From Candidatus Oxydemutatoraceae bacterium (lineage in GTDB: Bacteria; Pseudomonadota; Gammaproteobacteria; Poriferisulfidales; Oxydemutatoraceae), in contig OZ245335.1 in assembly GCA_965226235.1 (NCBI GenBank), positions 1,260,427 to 1,324,426 on the forward strand: a DNA stretch of 64,000 nt, written 5' to 3'. Shown here in pieces: positions 20,118 through 29,971 of this stretch. The notes beneath the pieces are model-generated. The model had not been told where the DNA came from and did not search any database. It worked only from the letters and a program-made list of their open reading frames with translations. Position 1 is the first letter of the stretch. The number at the start of each line of letters is the position of its first letter. Made by a program: the position numbers and the translations under genes.

Positions 20118-21379
20118 CAGCCCTTGTTGCCGTCATGCAAGGGAATATACAGCGAGCGCAACTTTCTGTAGAGATTGGAACGCTCCATGCCGATTTTTTC
20201 TGCCACCCGACTGACGCTACCGTTAGCGAGTCTGAGTTGATGCATCAGGTAGGCGCGCTCGAAAATCGCGCGGGCTTCCCGAATCGGCTTGCTCATCGCC
20301 TGCTCTACCCAGATACGGGTTTCATCACCGTCGGCAGTCAGCTTTTCCAGCAACTCTTCGACCTCTTTCAGGGAAACATCCCCGTCTCCCCCTTCTTCCA
20401 GCAAACGGCACACGAACTCGTTGAGTTCATCCAGGTTATTCGGCCAGTCATGGTGCAGCATGCGGTTTTGCGCTGCGATGGAAAAACGCCGATAGGACAA
20501 CTGACGCTGCTGACACCAGTAGTCGGTACAGGCACTGATCAACTCCGGCATATCCTCCACATGGTCCCGCAACGCGGCAACGGCGATTTCTACCACGTCC
20601 ATCCCGCTATCGCCGGCAAGTTCCGGGAGCGTGTTGGAACCGGTAATGATCAGCCGCGCCCGGCCAGGTTTGAACCTGTCAGCAAACAGCACCATGGCCT
20701 GGCGCGTCGACGGTGGCAACTCGTTGGCGTGTCGTACTACCAAAGTGCCGGACGAGGTTTTTGCCAACGTCGCGAGGAAAGTCTTTTCATCCATCACGGC
20801 ACCGTGCAAAGAAGCAAACGCGCCGCTACGTCCGTCGCCAAGGGAATGAATATACCGTGCCAGAGCCGTCTTCCCGGTACCGGGCTCACCGACGATCGAT
20901 ACGTTGCTGCCACTTTGCGCAAGCTGTATCGCCTGCTTGCGCAGGGCACGCGTCGCTTCGCTTTGGCCGACGGGTTCCCGGATCGGCGGCAGCGCCGTTT
21001 GCGGCTCGATCCGGTCCGACAGCGCCTGATATACGCTTTGCAACAGCTTCGCCGTGGTGAGCGGTTTCTCGATGAATTCATATGCGCCCAGACGGGTCGC
21101 TTCTATGGCGGTTTCTACTGTGCCGTGCCCCGACATAATGATCACGGGCGTAGCAAGCGGCGCTGTTTTCTGCCAGTCTTTCAGCAAGCTGATGCCGTCT
21201 TCCCCCGGCATCCAGATATCGAGCAGCACCAGGTCAGGACGCTGCCTGATGAATTGAGCCCGCGCCTGACGCGTATCGCGCGCGGTACTCACTTCAAATC
21301 CCTCGTCCCTGAGAATGTCTTCGACCAAGGCACAAATATCCGGCTCGTCGTCAACAACGAGTATCTGAATGGCGCTCAT
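20117..21379 (-). CDS. ntrX: Sigma-54-dependent response regulator NtrX-like (REC + AAA+ + Fis-type HTH)
   Basis: The REC domain reads VVDDEPDI...LLDIWMP. The AAA+ core reads IVGEPGTGKTALARYIH. A C-terminal HTH is present. It is translationally coupled to ntrY and trkA. Confidence 0.75.
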   Translation of the reverse strand: MSAIQILVVDDEPDICALVEDILRDEGFEVSTARDTRQARAQFIRQRPDLVLLDIWMPGEDGISLLKDWQKTAPLATPVIIMSGHGTVETAIEATRLGAYEFIEKPLTTAKLLQSVYQALSDRIEPQTALPPIREPVGQSEATRALRKQAIQLAQSGSNVSIVGEPGTGKTALARYIHSLGDGRSGAFASLHGAVMDEKTFLATLAKTSSGTLVVRHANELPPSTRQAMVLFADRFKPGRARLIITGSNTLPELAGDSGMDVVEIAVAALRDHVEDMPELISACTDYWCQQRQLSYRRFSIAAQNRMLHHDWPNNLDELNEFVCRLLEEGGDGDVSLKEVEELLEKLTADGDETRIWVEQAMSKPIREARAIFERAYLMHQLRLANGSVSRVAEKIGMERSNLYRKLRSLYIPLHDGNKG

Positions 21380-23547
21380 GCGACGCTTCCTGTAGCGGCT
21401 TTCGATATCGGCCTCATGTTAAAACAGGGCAGCGTCACCGTAACCAGCGCGCCACCCTGCACAAGGTTGGCGACCTTGATTTTCCCATTGTGTTCTTCAG
21501 TGATCTTCTTGACGATCGCCAGCCCCAACCCTTGGCCTTTGATCTTGGAAGACACATAGGGTTCGAAGATCCTCTCCATCAGGTTTTTATCAAAACCCGG
21601 ACCATTGTCACTGACACTGACCTCCACCAGGTCAAACGGTACCTGTCGCGCCCGGGTTTTGACGCGGATACGACCCTCGGGTTTTCCCGCGAGCGCTTCG
21701 CTGGAATTTTTCAGCAGATTGTGTAGCAGTTGCCTCAGACGCGCATCATCGCCCGCTATTGGCGGGTTTCCCGCATCCAGATCAAGTTCGAGAGAAAAGT
21801 TCGCGGGAGAATAAAGCTCGCAGACATCCCGCACGATGCGGTTGATTTCAAGTGGGGTCAACTCCGATGGGAAGCTATGCGAGTACTGGCTGAACTCGTC
21901 GACCATCTTCTGCATCGACTGCACCTGATCGACTATCGTATTGGTGCAGCGTTTCAGAAACTCCGCGCTGGTGCCACCCAGTTGCTTTGCCAGCTTGGTG
22001 TGCAGGCGTTCCGCCGCCAGTTGTATCGGGGTCAGGGGGTTCTTGATTTCATGCGCCATGCGGCGCGCGACTTCTTCCCATGCGGTTTCTCGACTTGCCT
22101 GCACCGTTTCGGTTACGTCGTTGAAGACGATGACGTAACTGCCGCTCGGGATGGTGGCAACGTGGAGGGTCAACGTTTTGTATTCATCTCCGACGAACAG
22201 GCCAAGCTCCTGCTTCCACTCGGTTCGACCGCTCTTGATCGGAGCAAGCACGCGCTCGCAGAGACCTCTCAACACCGGGTTGTCGGCGCTCGGGCACAAC
22301 GGGCGACCCAGCAGTCCGGAAAACCGTATATCCAGAATCTTTTCAGCCGCCGGATTGGCCGTCTGCAGCACAAACTCGTCGTCGAGACTGAGTACCCCGG
22401 AGGAAATACCTTCCAGTACCGTATGCAGGTGCGCGCTTTTGTTCTCGATCAAGCGCTGGTTGGCTTCATTGACGTCACGGGCATGCGCCAGACGCGCGGT
22501 CATTTGATTGAAGGAGTCGACCAACTGCCCAAGATCATCCTTCGAAGATGCGTCAAGCTGAATGTCCAGCTTGCCGCTTCCCACGTCGCGCGTGGCGTTG
22601 GTCAGCATCGCAATCGGGCGCATCAGGCTCGCCGAAGAATAAAACGCCAGCCATATTGCGTAGAGTACCCCGGACAGCAGTACCAAGGTCAGTATCGCGA
22701 CCAGCATCGATTGCAGCGCTTCGCGAAGATAAAAAAGACGGTCGTACTCACGGTAAGCGCTCTGGACGTTGGCTGCCAGGGAATTGACGCGTTCGGACAT
22801 CGGATACAGCACCTGAAGCAGACGATTTTCTGCTTCCACCCCGGTCTGGTTGAGCGGAAATACCAAGCGTGCAAACAGACCGCTGTCCGTAATATAGTCC
22901 ACGCCAAGATAGGGTCGTCCCTGTGAGGTTTCACCCAACGCTTCGGCGCCAGGCAGGTTGGGCAGCAGACTTGCTTCTCCCGTGCTCACCGAAGCGACGA
23001 TATTCTGGTTGTTGCTGATAATCGACATCTCGCTCGCGCCGCTTTTAGACAACAAGGACGGTAGTACGTAAGACGACAACTCATCGGGGGTATCGTTCAG
23101 TTCGCTGACGATCGGGCTGACCATCCGGCGATACTGCTCGAGCTGGATTTCAAGCGAATACCGACTGAGCTCGAGGGCGTCGCTCAGAGCCGCCTCGATT
23201 TTTACATCAAACCAGGAATCGACGCTTTTGGTAACCAGCCAGGTCGAAAACACATACAGCATCGCCGCCGGCACCAACACCAGCGAAACCAGCGATACCG
23301 TCAGCTTCATCGTTAACCGGGACCCGGCCTGTTTGCGCAGGCACCTGCGGGTCAGGCTGACGAAGTTGATGATGATCAGCACAAGAAACACCCCCGCCAG
23401 CAGTATGTTCGAGCCGAAAAACCACCAGCGGTAACGATCAAATCGCTCAATGTCGGCTACCAACCCCGCCAGCAGGGTCAGAGACAGCACCAGCAATACG
23501 GTGAGTAGAATGATCGACGGGGTGGTTCCGGAGCGCAGGGTGCTCAT
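21376..23547 (-). CDS. ntrY: Sensor histidine kinase NtrY-like (TM, HAMP, PAS, HisKA, HATPase)
   Basis: A 723 aa protein with N-terminal TM helices, the H-box MAHEIKNPLTPIQLAAERL and a C-terminal G-box GQGLGLAIV. It overlaps ntrX by 4 bp. Confidence 0.75.
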   Translation of the reverse strand: MSTLRSGTTPSIILLTVLLVLSLTLLAGLVADIERFDRYRWWFFGSNILLAGVFLVLIIINFVSLTRRCLRKQAGSRLTMKLTVSLVSLVLVPAAMLYVFSTWLVTKSVDSWFDVKIEAALSDALELSRYSLEIQLEQYRRMVSPIVSELNDTPDELSSYVLPSLLSKSGASEMSIISNNQNIVASVSTGEASLLPNLPGAEALGETSQGRPYLGVDYITDSGLFARLVFPLNQTGVEAENRLLQVLYPMSERVNSLAANVQSAYREYDRLFYLREALQSMLVAILTLVLLSGVLYAIWLAFYSSASLMRPIAMLTNATRDVGSGKLDIQLDASSKDDLGQLVDSFNQMTARLAHARDVNEANQRLIENKSAHLHTVLEGISSGVLSLDDEFVLQTANPAAEKILDIRFSGLLGRPLCPSADNPVLRGLCERVLAPIKSGRTEWKQELGLFVGDEYKTLTLHVATIPSGSYVIVFNDVTETVQASRETAWEEVARRMAHEIKNPLTPIQLAAERLHTKLAKQLGGTSAEFLKRCTNTIVDQVQSMQKMVDEFSQYSHSFPSELTPLEINRIVRDVCELYSPANFSLELDLDAGNPPIAGDDARLRQLLHNLLKNSSEALAGKPEGRIRVKTRARQVPFDLVEVSVSDNGPGFDKNLMERIFEPYVSSKIKGQGLGLAIVKKITEEHNGKIKVANLVQGGALVTVTLPCFNMRPISKAATGSVA

Positions 23548-23563
23548 GGAAAAGTTCAGAGCC

Positions 23564-24391
23564 TCAGTTCAAGGGCCAGGCGTACCAGTTCGAAGACAGC
23601 TTCCACGTTTGGGAAAAAAACCTCTTGAGGCGTAGCGGCAACGGGAGTTCTTTGTGAATCAACCGAATGCGAACGAGGATCCGCGTGTCGGGAGACCTGT
23701 CCACGATTGCTTGATTGATCAGGGGGATTTGTCGATGGTTGCCCAATGCAGCCAGCGCGCTGGGCAGGTTGGCAAAGCTCGACGTTGTGTCAAAGGTCAA
23801 GTCGCGAACCACGTATTTTTTCGTCAGCGCGTGAAAACTGATCCGGCGGACAATTTCCAGGTTTACGCTGGTTTCGTCCGGTAGCCATTGCTTGCGTCTG
23901 GCAATTTTCACGTCGGTGGCGAAGAATAAATCAACCCCTTTGTCCAGTGCCACTTGCGCCTGTTCCGGCAGCCGAATGTCCGCAACAACGTTCAGGTAAA
24001 GCGTCTCCTGCTTTGTAACGATGTCAGCGGTGGTAATCTCGATCGTGTCAGCAAGAGGAGAATCGAAACCCGCCAACGCCAGGGAGATCGCTCCCACCAC
24101 CTTGATCGCCCGGACACGATGATGAAACCGCCAGCGTGATGACGTGGCAGAGATGGTTGGCGGGTCTATAAGCATCTTGAAACGGCGCGTGATGCCTTCA
24201 TCGCGCACTGTGAAACAATTCACTTTATTGTTTCCTCCCAAAAAATCAATGGAATGTATGAGTCCACCACAGATGGGATAACCGCGGCAGGCGCTGGGTG
24301 AGCATTTGGCAGGGTGTTCGGTTATCGATTCCTCGGTGTGGTCTCTGCCCATTATAGCGATCATGGTAGCCTGGCAAGCACTTGCGGTCAT
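23564..24391 (-). CDS. DUF4390-domain periplasmic protein, as commonly found upstream of ntrY. The likely true start is Met73 at about 24175.
   Basis: A signal-peptide-like segment RVRAIKVVGAISLALAGF is followed by the DUF4390-like pattern (LNVVADIRLPEQAQVALDKGVDLFF...RRISFHALTKKYVVRDL). Confidence 0.55.
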   Translation of the reverse strand: MTASACQATMIAIMGRDHTEESITEHPAKCSPSACRGYPICGGLIHSIDFLGGNNKVNCFTVRDEGITRRFKMLIDPPTISATSSRWRFHHRVRAIKVVGAISLALAGFDSPLADTIEITTADIVTKQETLYLNVVADIRLPEQAQVALDKGVDLFFATDVKIARRKQWLPDETSVNLEIVRRISFHALTKKYVVRDLTFDTTSSFANLPSALAALGNHRQIPLINQAIVDRSPDTRILVRIRLIHKELPLPLRLKRFFSQTWKLSSNWYAWPLN

Positions 24392-24403
24392 TGGTACCGT
24401 CGG

Positions 24404-25633
24404 CTATGTCGAGGAACGTAGGTGCGACGCAGGACTCCCCTTGAACTCGGCAAACAAGGCATTCGCCCGTGCATACAGTCGCTCGGCGTCATCGCCAATC
24501 ACGCAAAAATGCCCCATCTTGCGACCTGGCTGCGCTGTTGCCTTGCCGTACAGGTGCAGTTTCAGATCCGGGCAACGTAGCAGAACGTCCCACGGTGGTT
24601 CGCCCGCTTTCCACAAGTCTCCGAGCAGGTTGATCATGACCGCCGACAAGGTCAGGTCAGTGCTGCCGATTGGCAACCGACACATTGCCCGCACTTGCTG
24701 TTCGAACTGCGAAACGACACAGGCATCCAGCGTGTAATGCCCGCTGTTATGTGGGCGCGGAGCGATTTCGTTGACCAGCAATCGCCCATCCGCGGTAATA
24801 AAGAACTCAACCCCGAGCACCCCGCAATAATCCATCGCTTCGACCAGCGCGATAGCCACTTCCCGCGTGGCATCGCTCAACGAAGAGCTGATACGCGCAG
24901 GGACGGTGCTTGAATGCAGAATGCCGCCGCGATGCTCATTGCACGCGGCCGGGTAGCATTTCACCTGACCTCCACTGGCGCGCACGACCATGACCGAAAC
25001 CTCACGCTCAAGCTCGACCTTCTCCTCCAGGATATTCTCGCGCATGCTAAAAGCAGCCACCTTTTCCACAACATCGTCGACCGTCCCCACCTCGGATTGG
25101 TACTTGCCGTCATAACCCCAGCGCGCGCTTTTCAATATGTACGGTGGCGTCGCGGCGGCGGACAGGCGCTCAAATGCAGCCACCGCGTCGCTGCCCTCGC
25201 GGATCGCCTCGAAGGCAACCGTCTCGATACCGATCCTGTGCATGAAGCGCTTTTCGGCAATGCGATTCTGCGCGATGGCAAGCGCATTCGAAGCAGGCGA
25301 AATCAGGACCCGATCCTGCAGGTATTCAACCGCACCCACCGGTACATTTTCAAACTCGACCGTCACCGCTGTGCAGTGGCGAACCAGTCTGTCCAAAGCG
25401 GCATTATCTTCGTATGGCGCACAGACGTGCCGGTACGCAATCTGTCCGGCGGGGCTTTGTGAATCCGGATCGAACACCACCGTGCGGTACCCCATGGCCT
25501 GCGCCGCCATCACAAACATCCGCCCCAACTGCCCCCCACCCAGAATGCCCAGGCAACCACCGTCAGCGGTGGAAGGCAGGATAGCCTTGTCATTCACCTT
25601 CATGTAACCCGCAATATCCTTCCGGTAGATCAA
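24404..25633 (-). CDS. purK: N5-carboxyaminoimidazole ribonucleotide synthase PurK. An alternative start is Met11 at 25603.
   Basis: ATP-grasp protein with the PurK N-terminal motif GILGGGQLGRM. It lies immediately upstream of purE on the same strand. Confidence 0.85.
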   Translation of the reverse strand: MIYRKDIAGYMKVNDKAILPSTADGGCLGILGGGQLGRMFVMAAQAMGYRTVVFDPDSQSPAGQIAYRHVCAPYEDNAALDRLVRHCTAVTVEFENVPVGAVEYLQDRVLISPASNALAIAQNRIAEKRFMHRIGIETVAFEAIREGSDAVAAFERLSAAATPPYILKSARWGYDGKYQSEVGTVDDVVEKVAAFSMRENILEEKVELEREVSVMVVRASGGQVKCYPAACNEHRGGILHSSTVPARISSSLSDATREVAIALVEAMDYCGVLGVEFFITADGRLLVNEIAPRPHNSGHYTLDACVVSQFEQQVRAMCRLPIGSTDLTLSAVMINLLGDLWKAGEPPWDVLLRCPDLKLHLYGKATAQPGRKMGHFCVIGDDAERLYARANALFAEFKGSPASHLRSST

Positions 25634-25690
25634 TCAGCGAAGCGGGTGCGCCATTGGCTCTCGCCCAGTCGGCAACCGCCCCTGGCCGGT

Positions 25691-26272
25691 TCACTCCGGC
25701 AGCAGCATTCGCTTCACTTTCTCGCTTTGCTGCTCCCGGAACGCCTCCAGTTTGTGCAGCAAATCGTCGCGGTCGCCGGCAAGCATCGCACACGCAAACA
25801 AGCCCGCGTTGGCAGCTCCCGCCTCGCCGATGGCGAATGTGGCAACCGGCACCCCTCGGGGCATCTGCACGATAGACAGCAGTGAGTCCTGACCGGACAG
25901 ATGGCGCCCCGGCACCGGGACCCCAAGCACCGGCACCGGTGTCATCGCGGCAATCATCCCCGGCAAGTGTGCCGCGCCTCCAGCGCCGGCAATGATACAC
26001 CTGAGGCCACGCCCGAGCGCCTGCTTTGCGTACTCGGCCATCAGGTCGGGCGTACGGTGTGCGGAAACAACTTTTTTTTCATAGGCGATAGAGAAATGAT
26101 CGAGTGAGCCGGCCGCTTGTTTCATCACTGGCCAATCGCTGTCGCTACCCATCACGATGCCGACTACAGGGGATTCCCTTCGCTCCTGCAAGTCCTGGTG
26201 CCTGTTGTCGCTATCTCTATCCATCGCAGTGTCGACTACAGAAGCCGACTGCAGGAACATGACCCGCGACAA
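25691..26272 (-). CDS. purE: N5-CAIR mutase PurE. The likely start is Met17 at 26224.
   Basis: The motif [14 protein letters not shown]...[13 protein letters not shown] is the class I PurE signature. Confidence 0.85.
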   Translation of the reverse strand: MSRVMFLQSASVVDTAMDRDSDNRHQDLQERRESPVVGIVMGSDSDWPVMKQAAGSLDHFSIAYEKKVVSAHRTPDLMAEYAKQALGRGLRCIIAGAGGAAHLPGMIAAMTPVPVLGVPVPGRHLSGQDSLLSIVQMPRGVPVATFAIGEAGAANAGLFACAMLAGDRDDLLHKLEAFREQQSEKVKRMLLPE

Positions 26273-26388
26273 TAACCTATGATCTCGTACATGTTCACAA
26301 GCAAGGAACGAAAATGTATTCTACATAAACCGCTTGCAAATTGCCGCTGGAACGGTTGCGTTCATCAATCGGGGGCGAAGCCGAGGAA

Positions 26389-27303
26389 ATGCATTCCCAG
26401 ACCCGAACCGGACACGAATCAACGAGGCTCGACCGGATGATCGGCAACCTGCCCCTGCTCAAGCGCGGCAAGGTCCGCGACATCTATGCAATTGACGAAG
26501 AACGTATTCTGATTGTTGCCAGCGACCGCCTGTCGTGTTTCGACGTCGTATTACCCGATGAAATTCCGGGCAAAGGCAGCATACTCACACGAATCAGCAA
26601 CTTCTGGTTCGACAAGACCCGTAAGATCGTTCCGAATCACCTGGTTGACACCCCCATGGACGAGGTGCTGCCAGGCGCGCAAATCACCGACGAACTGCGC
26701 GCACGCAGCGTTGTCGCCAAAAAACTGACACCGTTACCGCTGGAGGCAATCGTGCGCGGCTACCTGGCGGGTTCCGGTTGGAACGACTACTGTGCCACGG
26801 GCGCTATCTGCGGAATCGCTTTGCCGGCGCGGCTGAAACTCGGACAGCCACTGCCCCGGCCACTGTTCACCCCTTCTACCAAAGCCACGGACGGACACCA
26901 CGATAGCAACCTGCCTTTCACAAGAATCATTGACTTGATCGGCAAACAACTTGCTGAAAAGGTACGGGAGACCGCTCTTGAAATCTATCGCGTCGGCACC
27001 ACCTACGCGCGTGAACGCAACCTCATCGTCGCTGATACCAAGCTCGAGTTCGGCGTCGATGAAAACGGAGAACTGGTGTTGATCGACGAAGTGCTGACCC
27101 CGGATTCATCGCGCTTCTGGCCCCGCGAGCAATATCGCCCCGGCGTGTCGCCGCCTGGCCTCGACAAGCAGTTTGTGCGCGATTACCTGGAAGAGACCGG
27201 GTGGAACAAACATCCACCAGGACCTCTTCTGCCACGGCAGATTATCGACGCGACAGCGGAAAAATACCGCCGGATTCAAAGCTTGCTGCTAGGCGACGAT
27301 TGA
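26389..27303 (+). CDS. purC: SAICAR synthetase PurC (long form)
   Basis: The motif LLKRGKVRDIYAIDEERILIVASDRLSCFDVVLPDEIPGKG matches PurC. The ORF track starts at a TTG (26341); the first ATG is at 26389. Confidence 0.85.
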   Translation: MHSQTRTGHESTRLDRMIGNLPLLKRGKVRDIYAIDEERILIVASDRLSCFDVVLPDEIPGKGSILTRISNFWFDKTRKIVPNHLVDTPMDEVLPGAQITDELRARSVVAKKLTPLPLEAIVRGYLAGSGWNDYCATGAICGIALPARLKLGQPLPRPLFTPSTKATDGHHDSNLPFTRIIDLIGKQLAEKVRETALEIYRVGTTYARERNLIVADTKLEFGVDENGELVLIDEVLTPDSSRFWPREQYRPGVSPPGLDKQFVRDYLEETGWNKHPPGPLLPRQIIDATAEKYRRIQSLLLGDD

Positions 27304-27406
27304 TCTGCCTCGTGTAACCGTGACCGCCGCTCATTCATCAGCCAGTCCGCACCGTGGCTGGCGGCGGGCAACGAGCTTCACGCAAAAGCACCGGTAATGG
27401 CGACAA

Positions 27407-28096
27407 GTGAAGGGGGTATTCGTCACCGCGACTGACACCGGCGCCGGAAAAACAACGCTGCTGTGCCGGCTGATTCCGCTACTGGAGGAGACCGGTTGCG
27501 TGCTGCACATTTCCAAACCCGTCGAGAGCGGGTGCGCAATCAAGAATGGTCGTCTGGTTGCTTGCGATGCGACGGCTCTGGCAGCCGCTTCACGCCGGAG
27601 CCTCGCACCGGAGCAGGTTTGCACGTACCGCTTGCGAAATTTTGCTTCGCCTGCAAGGGCGGCCCGGTTGGAAGGAATGGAACTGACGGTGCAAAAACTA
27701 GCCGCCGCATGTGCCGCGAATATTGACCGGGATGGTGCTTTCCTGCTTGTAGAGGGCGCTGGCGGGTTGTACTCGCCGATCGCGCGCGACGGACTCAACG
27801 CCGACCTGGCCTGCCACCTTGGACTGCCTTTGCTGATCGTGGTCGAGGACCGCCTGGGCTGCATAAACCATGCACTGTTAACCTTGGAAACCGCGCGCCG
27901 CAGAGGCCTGCGTGTCATCGCGCTCGTCGTCAACCAGACGCAGCCTGTCAGCAACGCGGATACCGACAATTTCGCGGAATTAAAAACCCTCGCCGACGTG
28001 GCGATGTTCAGGTCAAACCATATCAAAGGCAAACGGCCAGCCCCGACCAGGGAAATGACGGCGCTCGCGCGACATATACTCGATTGGCAAAGGTAG
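27407..28096 (+). CDS. bioD: Dethiobiotin synthetase BioD (GTG start)
   Basis: FVTATDTGAGKT resembles E. coli FVTGTDTEVGKT. VEGAGGLYSP and LGCINHALLT match the EGAGGW and LGCINHAMLT motifs. Confidence 0.8.
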   Translation: MKGVFVTATDTGAGKTTLLCRLIPLLEETGCVLHISKPVESGCAIKNGRLVACDATALAAASRRSLAPEQVCTYRLRNFASPARAARLEGMELTVQKLAAACAANIDRDGAFLLVEGAGGLYSPIARDGLNADLACHLGLPLLIVVEDRLGCINHALLTLETARRRGLRVIALVVNQTQPVSNADTDNFAELKTLADVAMFRSNHIKGKRPAPTREMTALARHILDWQR

Positions 28097-28121
28097 CCTG
28101 GGGGCCTCCAGGCACTGAAAA

Positions 28122-28157
28122 TGCGCCGTTGCCTTTGAAGGGAACAGGCAACGGCGC
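28122..28157. terminator. Inverted repeat between convergent bioD and amt, a candidate bidirectional terminator
   Basis: gcgccgttgcc-N13-ggcaacggcgc forms an 11-bp perfect stem. There is no strong T-tract, so an intrinsic terminator is not assured. Confidence 0.3.
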
Positions 28158-28190
28158 GGCCTGAATGCCTGCGCCGTCAGGCGCGAGCAA

Positions 28191-29477
28191 TCATAGGTAA
28201 TAAGACCTTTCGTCGTGCTGGGTGATATCGAGCCCCTCGTCTTCTTCGCTTTCCTCGACCCTCAGCGGGGTAACCAGGGCGACCAGTTTCAACGCAACCC
28301 AGGTGAACACGGCGGTCCAGATCACCGCGAACAAAACGCCGATCAGTTGCGTCATCAATTGCTCGCCAGCCGGCCCCTCCAGACCCACGCCGCCGAACTG
28401 TTCTGCGGCAAGCACGCCGACCAGCAAGGTGCCGAGCGCTCCTCCGATACAGTGCACCGGAAACACGTCGAGGGAATCATCTATCCGCAGCTTGCGCTTG
28501 ATAAACTGCGTCGCAAAATAACAGACGCCACCGGCCGCGGCGCCTATAATCAACGCGCCCATCGGCCCAACGTACCCGGAAGCCGGCGTGATCGTACCGA
28601 GACCGGCAACCATGCCGGTCACGATACCCAGAACGCTGGGCTTACCGTACTTGATCTTCTCTAACAACGCCCACATCAGCGACGCCGTCGCGGCACTGAT
28701 ATGCGTAACCAGCATCGCCATACCCGCGTCTGCATTGGCGGCAACGGCACTGCCGGCATTGAAGCCGAACCAGCCAAACCACAGCATCCCTGCCCCTGTC
28801 ACGGTAAGTACCAGGCTGTGCGGTGGCATCGCAACCTCCGGGAACCCATGCCGCTTCCCGAGTACGACGGCGGCTACCAGCGCCGCCACGCCAGCGGTAA
28901 TATGCACTACCGTACCGCCGGCAAAGTCAAGCAGACCCATTTGCCCAAGCCAGCCGCCCCCCCAGACCGAGTGACAAACCGGAACATAGACCAACAATAG
29001 CCACAGCAAGGTGAAAAGAACAACTGCCGAAAATCTCATTCTCTCGGCAAACCCGCCGACGATCAGTGCCGGAGTAATTGTCGCGAAAGTCAACTGGAAC
29101 ATGACAAACACGGTCTCCGGAATGGCACCCTCGGTGGCTTCCCGGGTAACGCCCGCCAGCAGCACATGTTCGAAGCCGCCGATGATTGCGTTCAGCCCCC
29201 CCCCGTCGCCGAACGCCAGACTGTAGCCGACAACCAGCCAGAATAACGTGGCGAGACAAACGATCGTAAAGCACTGCATCATCACCGACAGGGCGTTCTT
29301 GCTTCTCACCAGACCGGCATAAAACAGCGAGAGCCCCGGGATCGTCATGAACAGAACCAGTGCCGTCGAAGTCAAAAGCCAGGAAGTGTCGCCAGGACTG
29401 GTCGCGGCGGAAGCGGTGACCGGCAGGGCGAGCGTGAAAGCGGCAACGATTGGTTTCTTCATGGTGAAAAATCTCAT
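28191..29477 (-). CDS. amtB: Ammonium transporter Amt. The ORF track extends to a GTG at 29627, but the signal peptide begins at MRFFTMKKPIVAAF.
   Basis: A polytopic Amt/MEP/Rh family protein with the signature region DFAGGTVVHI. It sits downstream of glnK. Confidence 0.9.
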   Translation of the reverse strand: MRFFTMKKPIVAAFTLALPVTASAATSPGDTSWLLTSTALVLFMTIPGLSLFYAGLVRSKNALSVMMQCFTIVCLATLFWLVVGYSLAFGDGGGLNAIIGGFEHVLLAGVTREATEGAIPETVFVMFQLTFATITPALIVGGFAERMRFSAVVLFTLLWLLLVYVPVCHSVWGGGWLGQMGLLDFAGGTVVHITAGVAALVAAVVLGKRHGFPEVAMPPHSLVLTVTGAGMLWFGWFGFNAGSAVAANADAGMAMLVTHISAATASLMWALLEKIKYGKPSVLGIVTGMVAGLGTITPASGYVGPMGALIIGAAAGGVCYFATQFIKRKLRIDDSLDVFPVHCIGGALGTLLVGVLAAEQFGGVGLEGPAGEQLMTQLIGVLFAVIWTAVFTWVALKLVALVTPLRVEESEEDEGLDITQHDERSYYL

Positions 29478-29496
29478 GGCGTGATGTCCTGCAAAA

Positions 29497-29835
29497 TCAG
29501 AGCGCGTCCGCGCCTGTTTCCCCGGTACGAATACGGATTGCCGTCTCGAGATTCTGGACAAATATCTTGCCATCGCCGATGGTGCCGGTCGCCGCAGTTC
29601 GCAGGATGGTGTTGGTAACCTGTTCACAAATATCGTCCGAAACCGCTATTTCGAGTTTTTTCTTCGGCAGAAACTTCACCTCGTACTCGGTACCCCGGTA
29701 GTGCTCGGTGTGTCCCTTCTGGTTCCCAAAGCCCACTGTATCGGTCACGGTGATGCCTTTTACACCGATGGCGGACAATGCTTCCTGAACCGGGGCCAGC
29801 TTGCTGGGTTGAATAATGGCGGTGACTATTTTCAT
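29497..29835 (-). CDS. glnK: Nitrogen regulatory protein P-II (GlnK)
   Basis: MKIVTAIIQPSKL...GFGNQKGHTEHYRGTEYEVKFLPKKKLEIAV, 112 aa. It is adjacent to amt. Confidence 0.9.
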   Translation of the reverse strand: MKIVTAIIQPSKLAPVQEALSAIGVKGITVTDTVGFGNQKGHTEHYRGTEYEVKFLPKKKLEIAVSDDICEQVTNTILRTAATGTIGDGKIFVQNLETAIRIRTGETGADAL

Positions 29836-29971
29836 GAAAACCTCCGGTTGATACCTTGCGTCAAGGCAACATGTTTGTGAATTATGCCCGAGAAAGTCAA
29901 CCAATGAATAAAATACGTTATGATTTAGATATTATTTTATTTGATATGCTCCTGCCTCAAGGCGACCCGCG

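Noticed and set aside
20135-21559. 474-aa ORF on the plus strand opposite ntrX
   Set aside because: Antisense to a well-supported REC/AAA+ regulator. No motifs. High-GC antisense artefact. The same applies to 21730..22926 (opposite ntrY), 16798..17739, 19158..20171, 53919..55082 (opposite dsrL) and 59255..60400 (opposite dsrB).
29836-29971. AT-rich glnK/cysB-like divergent intergenic region, scanned for a sigma-54 (TGGCAC-N5-TTGCA) promoter
   Set aside because: No convincing -24/-12 element was found by eye, so it is left unannotated.
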